Below are positions 26,125 to 38,880 of a stretch of DNA of 64,000 nucleotides, piece by piece. A program made the translations under genes and the position numbers. Position 1 is the stretch's first letter. Each line of letters starts with the position of its first letter. The DNA is taken from assembly GCA_947594845.1 (NCBI GenBank), contig CANQEI010000006.1, forward strand, positions 2,320 through 66,319, given 5' to 3'. Origin of the DNA: an uncultured Clostridia bacterium. Lineage in GTDB: Bacteria; Bacillota; Clostridia; TANB77; CAG-508. A model generated the notes under the pieces. It was not told the DNA's origin. It worked only from the letters and a program-made list of their open reading frames with translations, and ran no database searches.

Positions 26125-26505
26125 ATGAAAAATGAAAAAGGTCATGTAATATTTTCATTATTAATAGTGGTAGCATGTATATTAATGATTCTTACATTAA
26201 TATTTGTAGATACAAGAATGGGCTCAAGACAATTAGGAAGTAGCACGGCACAAAAACTTACATCATATTATGATGATGACGAGTCATATTATCCTAGTGA
26301 GACACCAACTCCAACACCAACGCCTACGCCAACACCTACTCCTACACCTACACCTACACTTGAAAAGATTCCTACTGCTGATACTTCTGTTTCAAAAACA
26401 AAATTACCTAAAACAGGAGAACTAGAATTTTGGGGATTTGCAATAGGATTTGCAGTATTAGGAGTTTCAATAATTATTTCTTATAAAATGTTTAAAAGAT
26501 ATTAA
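26125..26505 (+). CDS. Small LPXTG protein with a (Thr-Pro)9 linker
   Basis: N-terminal TM/signal segment, TPTPTP... tract (nt 26302-26355), then 'LPKTGE', a hydrophobic segment and KRY. Confidence 0.7.
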   Translation: MKNEKGHVIFSLLIVVACILMILTLIFVDTRMGSRQLGSSTAQKLTSYYDDDESYYPSETPTPTPTPTPTPTPTPTPTLEKIPTADTSVSKTKLPKTGELEFWGFAIGFAVLGVSIIISYKMFKRY

Positions 26506-26520
26506 TAAATAAAATATTGT

Positions 26521-26554
26521 AAGACGATTCTATAGTATAGAATCGTCTTTTTTT
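26521..26554 (+). terminator. Rho-independent terminator
   Basis: AAGACGATTCTA / TAGAATCGTCTT perfect stem followed by a T-run. Confidence 0.85.
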
Positions 26555-26757
26555 GATTATTTTACAGAAATTGATTTATAAATAAATTATTTTATCTGCA
26601 AAGCAAATAGTAATTATATTTGTAATATATAATCTAATGAATAAAATTTAGTTATGGAAATTTATTGTAAACGTAAAAAAAATGTAATTGTATGTTGAAA
26701 TTTATATAATTATAATATAATCATGAAAATGCAAAAATTTTTCATTAGGAGTTTTAT

Positions 26758-28326
26758 ATGAAATTAAAAATAAGATATATATTATTAATTTTTTTAATCG
26801 TAATTTTTTCATTTTCACATGTTTTGGCAGCTGAGACAGTAAATACTTTAGAAGTGGTAAAAAAATCAAGTGAAACGAAAATGATAACAGATGATTATGG
26901 ATATATTGTTAAATCAATTGTTGATTCAAACCCAGCTAATGGAGAAATAACTATTGAGTTGAAATTAAGCAATACTGCTGCAGGTGAAGAGGGAACTATT
27001 ATATATGAAAATACAGAATTATTCTTAATAGTAGATGAGAAAATAGTTTTGGAAGAAGAAAAATTTGAAAATTATATGGGTGATGTCGAGAAACTAGCAT
27101 CTAAAATCATTGATGCTAGCCCTAAAATAAGTGTCGGATTAGTTGGAATAAAAGGACCAGTACGTGATGTTGAAGTTTTAGAAAGTGGAACACTAAAGTG
27201 GAATGAAGGAGATCAAGGGGATATTCCTGGTAGTGATGAAAACGCTGAGATAATAACATCTCCTACAAGAGATGTTGAAAAAATAAAAAATAGTTTGAAA
27301 AACATGAATTCTGAAAAAGTAGATTATTATTCTAACTTACAGGCTGCAATTAAGTTAGCAAACAAAAGTTATTCAAAAGAGGTAAATAGAATTTTAATAT
27401 GCTTATATGATGGTGTGCCTGCAGTTGCAACTGGAGTTCAATCAACAGTGCAATATAGGAGCGATCCAGAAGGAGCAGTAAAAGATAAACACGAGAAAGT
27501 TTCTACATATACAAGAAATGAAATATTAGCATTGAAAAAAACTTATACATCTTTTATTATGTTAAGACCACCTGATACAAGTTATGATGAGGTTTGGTAC
27601 AGTATTACAACAGGGAAAAAGATTTTAGATTTTGATGGTAGCCCTTATGTAAATAAATTATATGGAACTGTAAGTAATCCTACATATGGAAAAATGTACG
27701 AATTTACTGATGAAAATATTGATAAAATTATAACAGAAGATATTTATAAAGATGTACAAGAAATGTTACAACCAGATTTAAAGAAAGTAAAAATAGTAGA
27801 TTATTTTCCGGCAGATATAGTTAATAATTTTACATTTGAAATTGCAAAAGATCCGTCTCAAGGAACAATTTCTAAAAAAATTGATTCAGAAGAAGATTTT
27901 ATTGAGTGGGATCTGGGAGATGTAAATCAACAGCAAATGGCTACAGTACAGTATAAATTAAAACTAACTGACATGGATTGTGAAAAAATATTAGGAAGAG
28001 AAGTAGAAACAAATGAGAAAGTTGTACTAACATATACTGACTCTAGCGGAAAAGATCATGAGATTAATTTAACGTCAAGTCCAAGTGTAAAATTGACTCA
28101 AAAGGAAGTTCAGAATCCAGCTAGTTCACCAAATCCATCTCATGGAAGTACAACAGGTGGAGATGAAAAAACATATGAGGGAAAAGATCCAACGGTTTCA
28201 TCAGAAATTTTACCTAAAGCTGGTTGGGAATTCAAACTAATGTTGATTTTAATGTTTTTAACATTTTCAATATCAGGTGTTGTTATTTTATCTAAGAAAA
28301 ATAAAGAATATAAAGATATAAAATAA
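26758..28326 (+). CDS. Cell-wall-anchored surface protein, vWA-like domain with a degenerate MIDAS, LPKAG sorting motif
   Basis: Has a signal peptide. The N- and C-terminal domains are paralogous to the next gene. The MIDAS position reads 'LIVDEKIVLEE'. 'LPKAGWE' is followed by a TM segment and basic tail. Confidence 0.7.
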   Translation: MKLKIRYILLIFLIVIFSFSHVLAAETVNTLEVVKKSSETKMITDDYGYIVKSIVDSNPANGEITIELKLSNTAAGEEGTIIYENTELFLIVDEKIVLEEEKFENYMGDVEKLASKIIDASPKISVGLVGIKGPVRDVEVLESGTLKWNEGDQGDIPGSDENAEIITSPTRDVEKIKNSLKNMNSEKVDYYSNLQAAIKLANKSYSKEVNRILICLYDGVPAVATGVQSTVQYRSDPEGAVKDKHEKVSTYTRNEILALKKTYTSFIMLRPPDTSYDEVWYSITTGKKILDFDGSPYVNKLYGTVSNPTYGKMYEFTDENIDKIITEDIYKDVQEMLQPDLKKVKIVDYFPADIVNNFTFEIAKDPSQGTISKKIDSEEDFIEWDLGDVNQQQMATVQYKLKLTDMDCEKILGREVETNEKVVLTYTDSSGKDHEINLTSSPSVKLTQKEVQNPASSPNPSHGSTTGGDEKTYEGKDPTVSSEILPKAGWEFKLMLILMFLTFSISGVVILSKKNKEYKDIK

Positions 28327-28344
28327 TTTATAAAAGGGAATAAG

Positions 28345-29799
28345 ATGGAAAAGAAATTATTATATTTTTTATTAGCTATTTCAATCGTATTTAGTTTATT
28401 TTCTAGTTCATTTGCTTCAGATAGTAAAAATGAATTAGAAATTGTAAAAAGTGCAAGTGAAACTAAAAAAATTGAAAATGGTACAGGCTACATTTCAAAA
28501 AGTATTGTTGATTCAAATTCAGAAACTGGTGAAGTAACAATTGAATTAAAATTATCTAATACTGCACAAGAAACAGAAAATGCTTCAGAGACAGAAATAT
28601 TTTTAATTATAGATAATTCTCCATCAATGGATTTTTTGGCACCAGATGGCCAGTCTAGAAAAAATAAAATCTTAGATAGTGCTTATAAATTAACACAAGA
28701 AGTATTTAAACTTACTTCTAATGTTAAAATAGGCTTAGTAGATTTTGATGGGCTTACTGCTACTATTTATTCTGGACATGTTAGACAAGAATTAACCAAT
28801 AATGAAGAAACAATATTAAAAGCTATTTCTGATTGTAAAGCTAGAAGTACAACTTCTGGTACTAATATAGATGCAGGAATGAAAAGGGCTATAGATAGTT
28901 TTTCTAAAACTGATAATAATAAGGTAATAATATTATTAACAGATGGTGTTCCTACTCATGATACAAAAGGAATTACTTCAGGAAATGTCGAAGAAGAAAT
29001 TAGTGATAAAACAAGAACTGTATGTGAGAATACAAAACAAACAATTTTAGAAGCTAAAAACAGCGGAATATATACTATCACAATGCTAACTGGTATGGAT
29101 ATGAAAGATACTGAAGAAAATGGAAATCCTGCATTTAGTAGTGAGAAAGAACTTAAAGCAAATTTAGAGGCAGCAGAATTAGTATTTGGTACTTCTCAAG
29201 CACCAACTGCAAATAAATATTATTTAGTTGAAAGCACTAATATTGAAAATGTTATAACTACGGATATTTTAAAGGATGTATCAACTCAGATAGGAAAATC
29301 TTTAAAAAATGTAAAGATAGTAGATTATTTTCCACAAGATATAGTAGAGAACTTTGAATTTGAGTATGTTGGTAATCCAACTAATGGAACAATTTCACCT
29401 GAAATAGATTCTGAAAATTATACAATTGAATGGAATGTTGGAGATGTACCAGGTGGACAAGTTGTTACTGTTAGATATAAATTAAAACTAAAAGATATGG
29501 AAAATGAAAAAATATTTGATAGAGAAATTGCAACCAATGAAAAAGTTGTCTTAGATTACAATGATGAAGATGGAGGAAAGCATGAAATAGAATTGACTTC
29601 GAGTCCAGTAATAAAATTAACTAAAAAAACGACTCAAAGTCAAGAAAGCACTGGAAGTAATAGTACAAAAGATCCAACAGTTTCAAGTGAACCGTTACCT
29701 AAAACTGGGTTAGGAGTAACAATACTTGTTATTTTACTAGGAATATTATTTTCAGTATTGGTAATTATATTTTTCTATAAAAGCAAGGATTATAAATAA
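28345..29799 (+). CDS. Cell-wall-anchored vWA-domain surface protein (intact MIDAS), LPKTG
   Basis: Has a signal peptide. 'IIDNSPSMD' (DxSxS), 'TSGTNI', 'LLTDGVPT', then 'LPKTGLG', a TM segment and a basic tail. Confidence 0.8.
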   Translation: MEKKLLYFLLAISIVFSLFSSSFASDSKNELEIVKSASETKKIENGTGYISKSIVDSNSETGEVTIELKLSNTAQETENASETEIFLIIDNSPSMDFLAPDGQSRKNKILDSAYKLTQEVFKLTSNVKIGLVDFDGLTATIYSGHVRQELTNNEETILKAISDCKARSTTSGTNIDAGMKRAIDSFSKTDNNKVIILLTDGVPTHDTKGITSGNVEEEISDKTRTVCENTKQTILEAKNSGIYTITMLTGMDMKDTEENGNPAFSSEKELKANLEAAELVFGTSQAPTANKYYLVESTNIENVITTDILKDVSTQIGKSLKNVKIVDYFPQDIVENFEFEYVGNPTNGTISPEIDSENYTIEWNVGDVPGGQVVTVRYKLKLKDMENEKIFDREIATNEKVVLDYNDEDGGKHEIELTSSPVIKLTKKTTQSQESTGSNSTKDPTVSSEPLPKTGLGVTILVILLGILFSVLVIIFFYKSKDYK

Positions 29800-29819
29800 G
29801 TAAAATGATAAATAAAGAG

Positions 29820-29848
29820 GCTATTTCTTTTTTAGAAATAGCTTTTTT
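29820..29848 (+). terminator. Rho-independent terminator
   Basis: GCTATTTCT / AGAAATAGC stem followed by TTTTTT. Confidence 0.75.
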
Positions 29849-29994
29849 GTGCTTATGATTTCACTTTTAAAAATCTCTAAAAAAACTAATTAATAGTTGA
29901 ATTATTATCTGAAAAATTATATAATTCATTTATAATTTTAAATTGGAAATACTATAAAAACAGTAGAATCTTCTTAAAAGAGAGGAATAGAAAA

Positions 29995-32748
29995 ATGAAA
30001 GGTAAATTAAAAAAGATAGTAAGTAGGCGACTAATAGTAATATTATTTGTCATAATATATGCTTTAATTATCGCAATATCATCTAGAAGCGAGTATTTGC
30101 AATATAAAGAAATTGGAGAACAATATGTTTCAATTTTTTATAAAAATATGAAAACTTCTTATATTGTATTTATTACTGCTTTTATTATTTCATATTTGAT
30201 TATTTTTATTTCTAACAAGATGGTTAGAAAATCTTTGAAAGATATTTTTGATAAGGAAGAGAAAAAAATGCCACAACTTCCTAATAAATCTATTTCTTTC
30301 ATTGTTAGTGTAATTGTAGCTTTTATAGCTAAGAATTTGTTGACTGAGAAATTTTTATTATTTTCAAATCTTGCACAATTTGGTATAAATGATCCTATTT
30401 TTGGATTAGACATTTCTTTTTATATGTTCCAGATACCTTTTATTAAGTCAATATTAATATTTGCAGCTATTTTTTTAGCTGTTCTTACAATATATGTTTG
30501 CATTTATTATATAGTAACGTTAAATGTTTATTTAAATGGCGTAGATATAGAAGATTTGAAAAAAAGCAAATTTTTAAGACAAGTTTTTACTAATATTTTT
30601 ATAATAGCTGTTTTAATAGCTGGTTTAATGGTTCTTAGTTCACAAGAGGTAGTAAATGGAAATTTATTAACCCTAAATGATGATGTTAGAACAGAATTGG
30701 TTGGCGCTGGACTTACAGAAGTTAAAATAAAAGTAATTGGATATAGACTTTTAGGAGTTGTGATATTAATTTCATTGTTTAGAACAATTAAATATTTGAA
30801 AAAGTTTAAAGTTAAAAAAATCATATCTTCAATGCTTATAACACCTATATATTTAGTTGCTCTATTTGCTGTAATGACTACGTTCCAATATGTGTATGCA
30901 AATAAAAATGAATTTGATAAGCAACGTAAATATATAGATGAAAACATAAAAAATACTCGAGCAGCTTATGGTATCCATGCTCAAGAAGTTGAGGTGGATA
31001 ATACATCAAACTTAGAAGATGAAACTATTATTAAAAATTCAGAATTATTGTCTCAAATTACTATTATTGATGAAGAAACAACACTAAAAAATTTGACGGA
31101 ATATTTGGATAAAGAAGGATATTATACTTTCCAATCTACACAAATTGGTAGATATAATGTAAATGGTAAAACAAAATCACTATATATAACACCAAGAGAA
31201 ATTGTAAGTGGAGCAAATAGAGCATATAACAATAAAACTTATCAATATACACATGGCTATGGTGTTGTTATATCAGAAGCTAATAAGGCAGATTCAAAAA
31301 CTGGAATTTCATATGTTCAATCAAAATACAATTCTACAGATAATAAAATAAAAATAAAAGAACCAAGAATTTATTTTGGAATGGCAACTGATGATACTAT
31401 AGTTACAGGGGTAAAGGACAAAAAGGAATTCGACTATCCAAATTCAACTACTTCATATGAAGAAAATGAGTATGATGGTGATGCTGGAATAAAAGCAAAT
31501 ATGTTAGATAGATTAATATTATCTCTATCTGAACATGATTATAAATTGTTATTTAATACAAGTATAGATTCCGATAGTAAAATATTAGTTAATAGAAATA
31601 TTAGAGAAAGAGCAAAAGTATTATTGCCATATTTAATATATGATGAATCACCATATATGGTAATTAGGGATAATGGTCAATTAGTTTGGGTAATTGATGC
31701 GTATACTACTTCCAATAGTTATCCATATTCTCAAAAGACTAATATTCAAGTTGAAGGAAGAACAAAGCAAATTAATTACATTAGAAATTCTATAAAAGTA
31801 ATTATTGATGCATATGATGGTACTACAAATTTCTATATAACAGATAAAACTGATCCTATAGCAATGCTTTATTATAATATATATCCAGAATTATTTGCAT
31901 CTTTAGATGAAACAATACCAGATGATATACAAAAAAATATAGTTTACCCTGAATTTTTATATGAAATACAAGCTAAAATGTTAGAGAGATACCACAATGT
32001 AGATACTGAAATTTTATATAGAAGTGATGATGTATGGAAAGTGGCAGAGCAAACTCCAAAAAATGGTGAAGCTAGTAGTACAAAACCATATTATACAGTT
32101 TTAAAACCTTCTGGAGCAATACAAGAAGAGCTTGGACTTGTTATACCATATACTAAATCTAATAAACAAAGCTTAAATTCATATCTTGTGGGAACATATG
32201 AAAATGGACAAAATCGATTAGTTTTATATAAACTAATTTCAGATACTACTTTACCTGGAATACAACAATTAAATGTACAAATAGATCAAGATAAAACAAT
32301 TAAAGAAGAACTTGAAAAAATAAATACATCAGGAACAGAATTAATTAGGAATACGTATATAATTCCAATAGAAAATAGTATTTTATATATACAGCCTGTT
32401 TATCAAGTTTTATTAAATGAGACGAAAGTACCAACACTTTCAAAAGTAATTGTTGCTTCTGGAACTAAGGTTGCAATAGGCGATGATTTGGCTGATGCTT
32501 TAACAAAACTTGTTACAGAATCAGCTGGAAAAATAAATTTTATTAACAAAGAAGATAAAGACCAGTTGATAGATGCAATTATTAAAGCAAATAATAATCT
32601 AAAAGAATCTTCTGAAGCAGGAGATTGGCAATTAATTGGATCAGACTTGGAAAGATTGCAGGAACTTATAAATCAATTAGAAAAATTAAGACAAAATGAG
32701 CAGAAGGAAACAAAAGATTCATCAACTACTAATACTGTAGAAGAATAA
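29995..32748 (+). CDS. UPF0182-family large membrane protein
   Basis: 917 aa. The N-terminus has about 7 TM segments and is followed by a large soluble domain with a 'VIDAYTTSNSYPYSQ'-type motif characteristic of UPF0182. Confidence 0.65.
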   Translation: MKGKLKKIVSRRLIVILFVIIYALIIAISSRSEYLQYKEIGEQYVSIFYKNMKTSYIVFITAFIISYLIIFISNKMVRKSLKDIFDKEEKKMPQLPNKSISFIVSVIVAFIAKNLLTEKFLLFSNLAQFGINDPIFGLDISFYMFQIPFIKSILIFAAIFLAVLTIYVCIYYIVTLNVYLNGVDIEDLKKSKFLRQVFTNIFIIAVLIAGLMVLSSQEVVNGNLLTLNDDVRTELVGAGLTEVKIKVIGYRLLGVVILISLFRTIKYLKKFKVKKIISSMLITPIYLVALFAVMTTFQYVYANKNEFDKQRKYIDENIKNTRAAYGIHAQEVEVDNTSNLEDETIIKNSELLSQITIIDEETTLKNLTEYLDKEGYYTFQSTQIGRYNVNGKTKSLYITPREIVSGANRAYNNKTYQYTHGYGVVISEANKADSKTGISYVQSKYNSTDNKIKIKEPRIYFGMATDDTIVTGVKDKKEFDYPNSTTSYEENEYDGDAGIKANMLDRLILSLSEHDYKLLFNTSIDSDSKILVNRNIRERAKVLLPYLIYDESPYMVIRDNGQLVWVIDAYTTSNSYPYSQKTNIQVEGRTKQINYIRNSIKVIIDAYDGTTNFYITDKTDPIAMLYYNIYPELFASLDETIPDDIQKNIVYPEFLYEIQAKMLERYHNVDTEILYRSDDVWKVAEQTPKNGEASSTKPYYTVLKPSGAIQEELGLVIPYTKSNKQSLNSYLVGTYENGQNRLVLYKLISDTTLPGIQQLNVQIDQDKTIKEELEKINTSGTELIRNTYIIPIENSILYIQPVYQVLLNETKVPTLSKVIVASGTKVAIGDDLADALTKLVTESAGKINFINKEDKDQLIDAIIKANNNLKESSEAGDWQLIGSDLERLQELINQLEKLRQNEQKETKDSSTTNTVEE

Positions 32749-32798
32749 AAAATCTAAAACTTCAAACAATAATTTTATATTTTGTTTGAGGTTTTAAG

Positions 32799-33074
32799 AT
32801 GTTTAAAAAAGTTATTAATGAAATAAAAGAATTGAATAATAATTTAGAAAATACTCGATTATATGAATTAATAGAATTACTTCAGAGTAAAAAGCAAATT
32901 TTTTTTAGAAATTTAATTTCTGGAATAGGTAAAGGATTAGGAATTGGAATTGGATTTTATTTAATTACCGCAATTTTAATTTATTTTTTACAATATATCG
33001 TTAGACTAAACATACCTATAATAGGAAAATATATTTCAGATATTATTGATATAGTGAATATTAATAAAAAATAA
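32799..33074 (+). CDS. Small membrane protein (DUF5665-like?)
   Basis: 91 aa with a glycine-rich TM segment 'GIGKGLGIGIGFYLITAILIYFL'. Confidence 0.5.
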   Translation: MFKKVINEIKELNNNLENTRLYELIELLQSKKQIFFRNLISGIGKGLGIGIGFYLITAILIYFLQYIVRLNIPIIGKYISDIIDIVNINKK

Positions 33075-33093
33075 AGTAAGAATGGAGAAAAGT

Positions 33094-35680
<2,587 letters not shown>

Positions 35681-35692
35681 AAGGGTTATAAA

Positions 35693-35935
35693 ATGGAAAA
35701 TAAAAATTATTCTTTTCAACAATTTTGGAAAGATTTAGATGATGGCTATCAAATATATTTCGACTATATGGATATTAGGTATTTAATTTATAAAATGCAA
35801 AAAAATTGTTATAAGAAAGAAATGATAACAGAAAAACCAAAATGTGCATTGCAGAAAAACGAAATTATTACTTTAAAGAGGGTAAAAGAGTTATTTGACT
35901 TTATGGAAAATTTTGAGTATAAAGCTCTGCAATAA
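35693..35935 (+). CDS. 80-aa hypothetical protein
   Basis: ORF 12 nt after ligA. No motif recognised. Confidence 0.5.
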   Translation: MENKNYSFQQFWKDLDDGYQIYFDYMDIRYLIYKMQKNCYKKEMITEKPKCALQKNEIITLKRVKELFDFMENFEYKALQ

Positions 35936-35956
35936 CGTTGAAATGGAGGAGCCTTT

Positions 35957-37354
35957 GTGAATATAAAAACACAGGTAGAAACAAAGATTTTAGAATATGA
36001 AAAACAAGATACAGAAGGGTTATTAAGTTATATTTCAGATATTATAGATTCTAAAGGATCTAGATGGGAAAGAAGTGTAGAAAGTGAAAAATGTGAACTA
36101 ACAAAAATGCTTATTTATGAATATGTTACTTCTTTGGAAAAATTATCAGGTGGTAGACTTTCTTCTAAATTTCTAGTAGATAAATTAGCTAGTAGGCTTC
36201 ATACATTAAGATATGGAAGTTTTAGAAAAGGGCAAGATGACGAGATAATGTATGGAAATAGGTCTGTTACATCAGAAGAATATAATAAGAAAAGACCGGG
36301 AGCACATACAATAAGTGTTAATGAAGATAATGTTGTACAAGATGCTGTAGTTTTATTTGATGGAAGACAAATAGGATTTGACGGGAGAAGATTAAATGGT
36401 ATAGATTTTACAGATTTAGATGATATTAGACATACTATTTTCCATGAATGGACACATGTTATGGAAAAATCATTAATTCCAAGAGAAAAACTTAGTTCAG
36501 ATGAAATAATACACAGAGATGGAGATTCAATATACATAAATTCTTCTGCTAGTGCAGATTTTGATAGTTTAGATTATTATTTTAAATATATAGAAGAGGC
36601 AGAACAAAATTCTGAAAAACCTGTTTTATTTGGAGGAGTTTCTACAATAGAGATAAATCCACAAAAATCATCTAGAAGAATAATGCATAATCAAATAAGT
36701 GAAGGCTTTACTGAATATATTGCAAGACTTGTTATGGATAAAGTTGGAGTTAAGACTAGAGATACGGGTAGATATGCAACACAAGTTGAATTTGCTGATA
36801 AAGTATTTAAAAATAGAGGAATAGAGAGTACAGTTACTGATTATTTAACATCATCTAATATAATAATTTCTGAATTGGAAAAAGGAAAAATACATGGCAC
36901 TGATTTATTACACTATTATCAACATATAGAATCGTTATTAAGCAGTGTGGATAGAACTGCTGTAAGATTTTTCGGGAAAGAAGCAGATTTATTAAGAAAT
37001 CAAGTTCAAAAATTTTGGGAAAATCCACCTACACATGAAGAAGCCGATGGATTTGTTAATAAAATAATAGAAGAAATTTGTGCTAAAGATGAAAGCTTTT
37101 CAGAGCAAGATAAAAATATGACACATGATATGTTTTATAATGCAATTTATTTTCCATCAATAAAAAAAGAATACATAGATGAAATAGAGTCACATTACAA
37201 AGATAAGAAAATGTCAATAAATCTAATTACACGAAATGCGTTACAGAATGATTCTGAACATAGAGTAGGAAAAAATATGGTAGAAAGCGTAGAAGCTCAG
37301 GAAAATGAAAATATTGCTGGTACAAAAGAAAAGGATGGAGGAAAGGATAAATAG
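35957..37354 (+). CDS. 465-aa putative zincin-like metalloprotein (HEWTH)
   Basis: GTG start 5 nt after GGAGGAG. Has 'IRHTIFHEWTHVMEKS' and, about 80 residues later, 'ISEGFTEYIA'. No signal peptide. Confidence 0.7.
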   Translation: MNIKTQVETKILEYEKQDTEGLLSYISDIIDSKGSRWERSVESEKCELTKMLIYEYVTSLEKLSGGRLSSKFLVDKLASRLHTLRYGSFRKGQDDEIMYGNRSVTSEEYNKKRPGAHTISVNEDNVVQDAVVLFDGRQIGFDGRRLNGIDFTDLDDIRHTIFHEWTHVMEKSLIPREKLSSDEIIHRDGDSIYINSSASADFDSLDYYFKYIEEAEQNSEKPVLFGGVSTIEINPQKSSRRIMHNQISEGFTEYIARLVMDKVGVKTRDTGRYATQVEFADKVFKNRGIESTVTDYLTSSNIIISELEKGKIHGTDLLHYYQHIESLLSSVDRTAVRFFGKEADLLRNQVQKFWENPPTHEEADGFVNKIIEEICAKDESFSEQDKNMTHDMFYNAIYFPSIKKEYIDEIESHYKDKKMSINLITRNALQNDSEHRVGKNMVESVEAQENENIAGTKEKDGGKDK

Positions 37355-37803
37355 TGTCAAGTTCATATGCGAGAGCGTGTACAGAAATATTAGAAATAAT
37401 TAAATATTTGCCAGAAGATGAATATCAAAGAATTCCAAAAGAAAAAATAGATTTTTGGAATAAAAATAAGGATAGTAGTTATAATTATAAATTTGATATT
37501 ACCAAGCCTATTAATGAACAAAAAATATCTCAAGAAACAAATGCTTTGATAATTTTAATTTTTAGAGATTATTTTGCAACTGAAAGCCAAAAAGAAAAAT
37601 TAAAGCAAATATTAATTGAAAATGATAGAAAAATTGAAGAAGAAAGAAAAGAAAAATATAAATATGAAGATATTTTTAAAGATAATAAAAAAGAAAAAAT
37701 TGAACTTGACAAAAAAGAGGAAGAAAAAAGCTTAGTTGAAATTAAAAATAAAAATTGGTTACAAAAATTATTTGAGAAAATAAAGAATGCATTCAAAAAA
37801 TAA
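37354..37803 (+). CDS. 149-aa protein; paralog of 24662..25117
   Basis: The GTG start overlaps the upstream TAG (TAGTG). Aligns with the 24.6-kb copy along its whole length. Confidence 0.75.
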   Translation: MSSSYARACTEILEIIKYLPEDEYQRIPKEKIDFWNKNKDSSYNYKFDITKPINEQKISQETNALIILIFRDYFATESQKEKLKQILIENDRKIEEERKEKYKYEDIFKDNKKEKIELDKKEEEKSLVEIKNKNWLQKLFEKIKNAFKK

Positions 37804-37845
37804 AATAGCTATTTGACAAAAGTTATAAATCCGTTTAAAATATAT

Positions 37846-38200
37846 AAGGAGTAAGCTGAATAGTCGCTGACGGATAACGCAAGGTTCCGTGAGAGGAAAG
37901 TCCGGGCTCCATAGAGCAATGGTGCTAGATAACGTCTAGTGAGGGTAACCTTAAGGAAAGTGCAACAGAAAATTACCGCCACTTGTGGCAAGGGTGAAAA
38001 GGTGAGGCAAGAGCTCACCAGAGAAATAGTGATATTTCTTGTTTGTGTAAACCCCACCTGGAGCAACACCACTCATAAGTAAAAAGGTTAAAAACTGCTC
38101 GTTTCTTTTTATGTGAGTAGGTGGCTTGAAATATATAGTGATATATATTCTAGATAAATGGCTATTCTAGACAGAACCCGGCTTATAGACTTACTTTATA
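37846..38200 (+). ncRNA. rnpB: RNase P RNA, bacterial type B
   Basis: GAGGAAAGTCCGGGCTCC, AGTGCAACAGAAAATTACCGCC and ACAGAACCCGGCTTATAG conserved regions. P1 pairing AGTAAG/CTTACT. Upstream TTGACA (37813-37818), 17-nt spacer, TAAAAT. The ends are approximate. Confidence 0.93.
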
Positions 38201-38201
38201 T

Positions 38202-38239
38202 CACCTTTTTTAGGTAATACCTAAAAGAGGTGTTTTTTT
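38202..38239 (+). terminator. Rho-independent terminator after rnpB
   Basis: CACCTTTTTTAGG / CCTAAAAGAGGTG stem followed by TTTTTTT. Confidence 0.8.
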
Positions 38240-38329
38240 ATGTTACAATCCTGTTAAAATTATTGATTTTTTAAGTTCTTATATATAAAATTTTAAATAT
38301 ATAAGGTAGTGGAGGAATAAATTTTTATT

Positions 38330-38860
38330 ATGCCAGAAGCAATTGAAGTTACTAATATGAAAAAAAAATCAGACGACAGAGATTATGTATTAAAGGCAGT
38401 TAGTGAAAATGGAAAACTTTTAGAATTTGCAGAAGAAAAATTACATAATGATAGAGAAGTGGTGTTTACAGCTGTTAAAAATAATCCAGAAGCATTGGAA
38501 TTTGCAGGAAATAACCTAAGGAAAGATAGAGAAATTGTTTATGAATCAGTAAGTAAACTTGGGTGGACATATTGTTATGCAGATGAATCGCTAAAAGATG
38601 ATAAAGAGCTTTTAATGTCAGGACTTGAAAAGTCTGGCCAAATTTTATATTTTGCTTCACCCAAAATGAGGGATGATAAAGATGTTATTTTAAAAGCTAT
38701 AGAAGATAAACCTATTATTATAAAATATGCTAGTAAAAGGCTAAGAAGTGATATAGATGTAGGGATATCAGTTATGAATAAAAATAAAAAGTGTTTTAAA
38801 TTTTTAGAACCTGATTTACAAAATAATGAAAAGATTCAAGAAATTAAAAATGCAGAATAG
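38330..38860 (+). CDS. DUF4116 repeat protein
   Basis: Repeats of the type 'VLKAVSENGKLLEFAEEKLHNDREVV / FTAVKNNPEALEFAGNNLRKDREIV'. Confidence 0.65.
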   Translation: MPEAIEVTNMKKKSDDRDYVLKAVSENGKLLEFAEEKLHNDREVVFTAVKNNPEALEFAGNNLRKDREIVYESVSKLGWTYCYADESLKDDKELLMSGLEKSGQILYFASPKMRDDKDVILKAIEDKPIIIKYASKRLRSDIDVGISVMNKNKKCFKFLEPDLQNNEKIQEIKNAE

Positions 38861-38880
38861 CAAAAGAAAAGAGTTGAGAA

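Noticed and set aside
26302-26355. The (ACN-CCN)9 tract encoding (Thr-Pro)9, considered as a slippage-prone or phase-variable repeat.
   Set aside because: The unit is 6 nt, so slippage would stay in frame. The codons are synonymously scrambled (aca/act/acg, cca/cct), so there is no long perfect repeat. It is a linker, not a phase switch.
37809-38072. 87-aa minus-strand ORF from the track.
   Set aside because: It lies entirely inside the RNase P RNA gene, antisense to its conserved GGAAAGTCCGGGCTC core. It has no RBS. It is an artefact of the locally GC-richer structured RNA.
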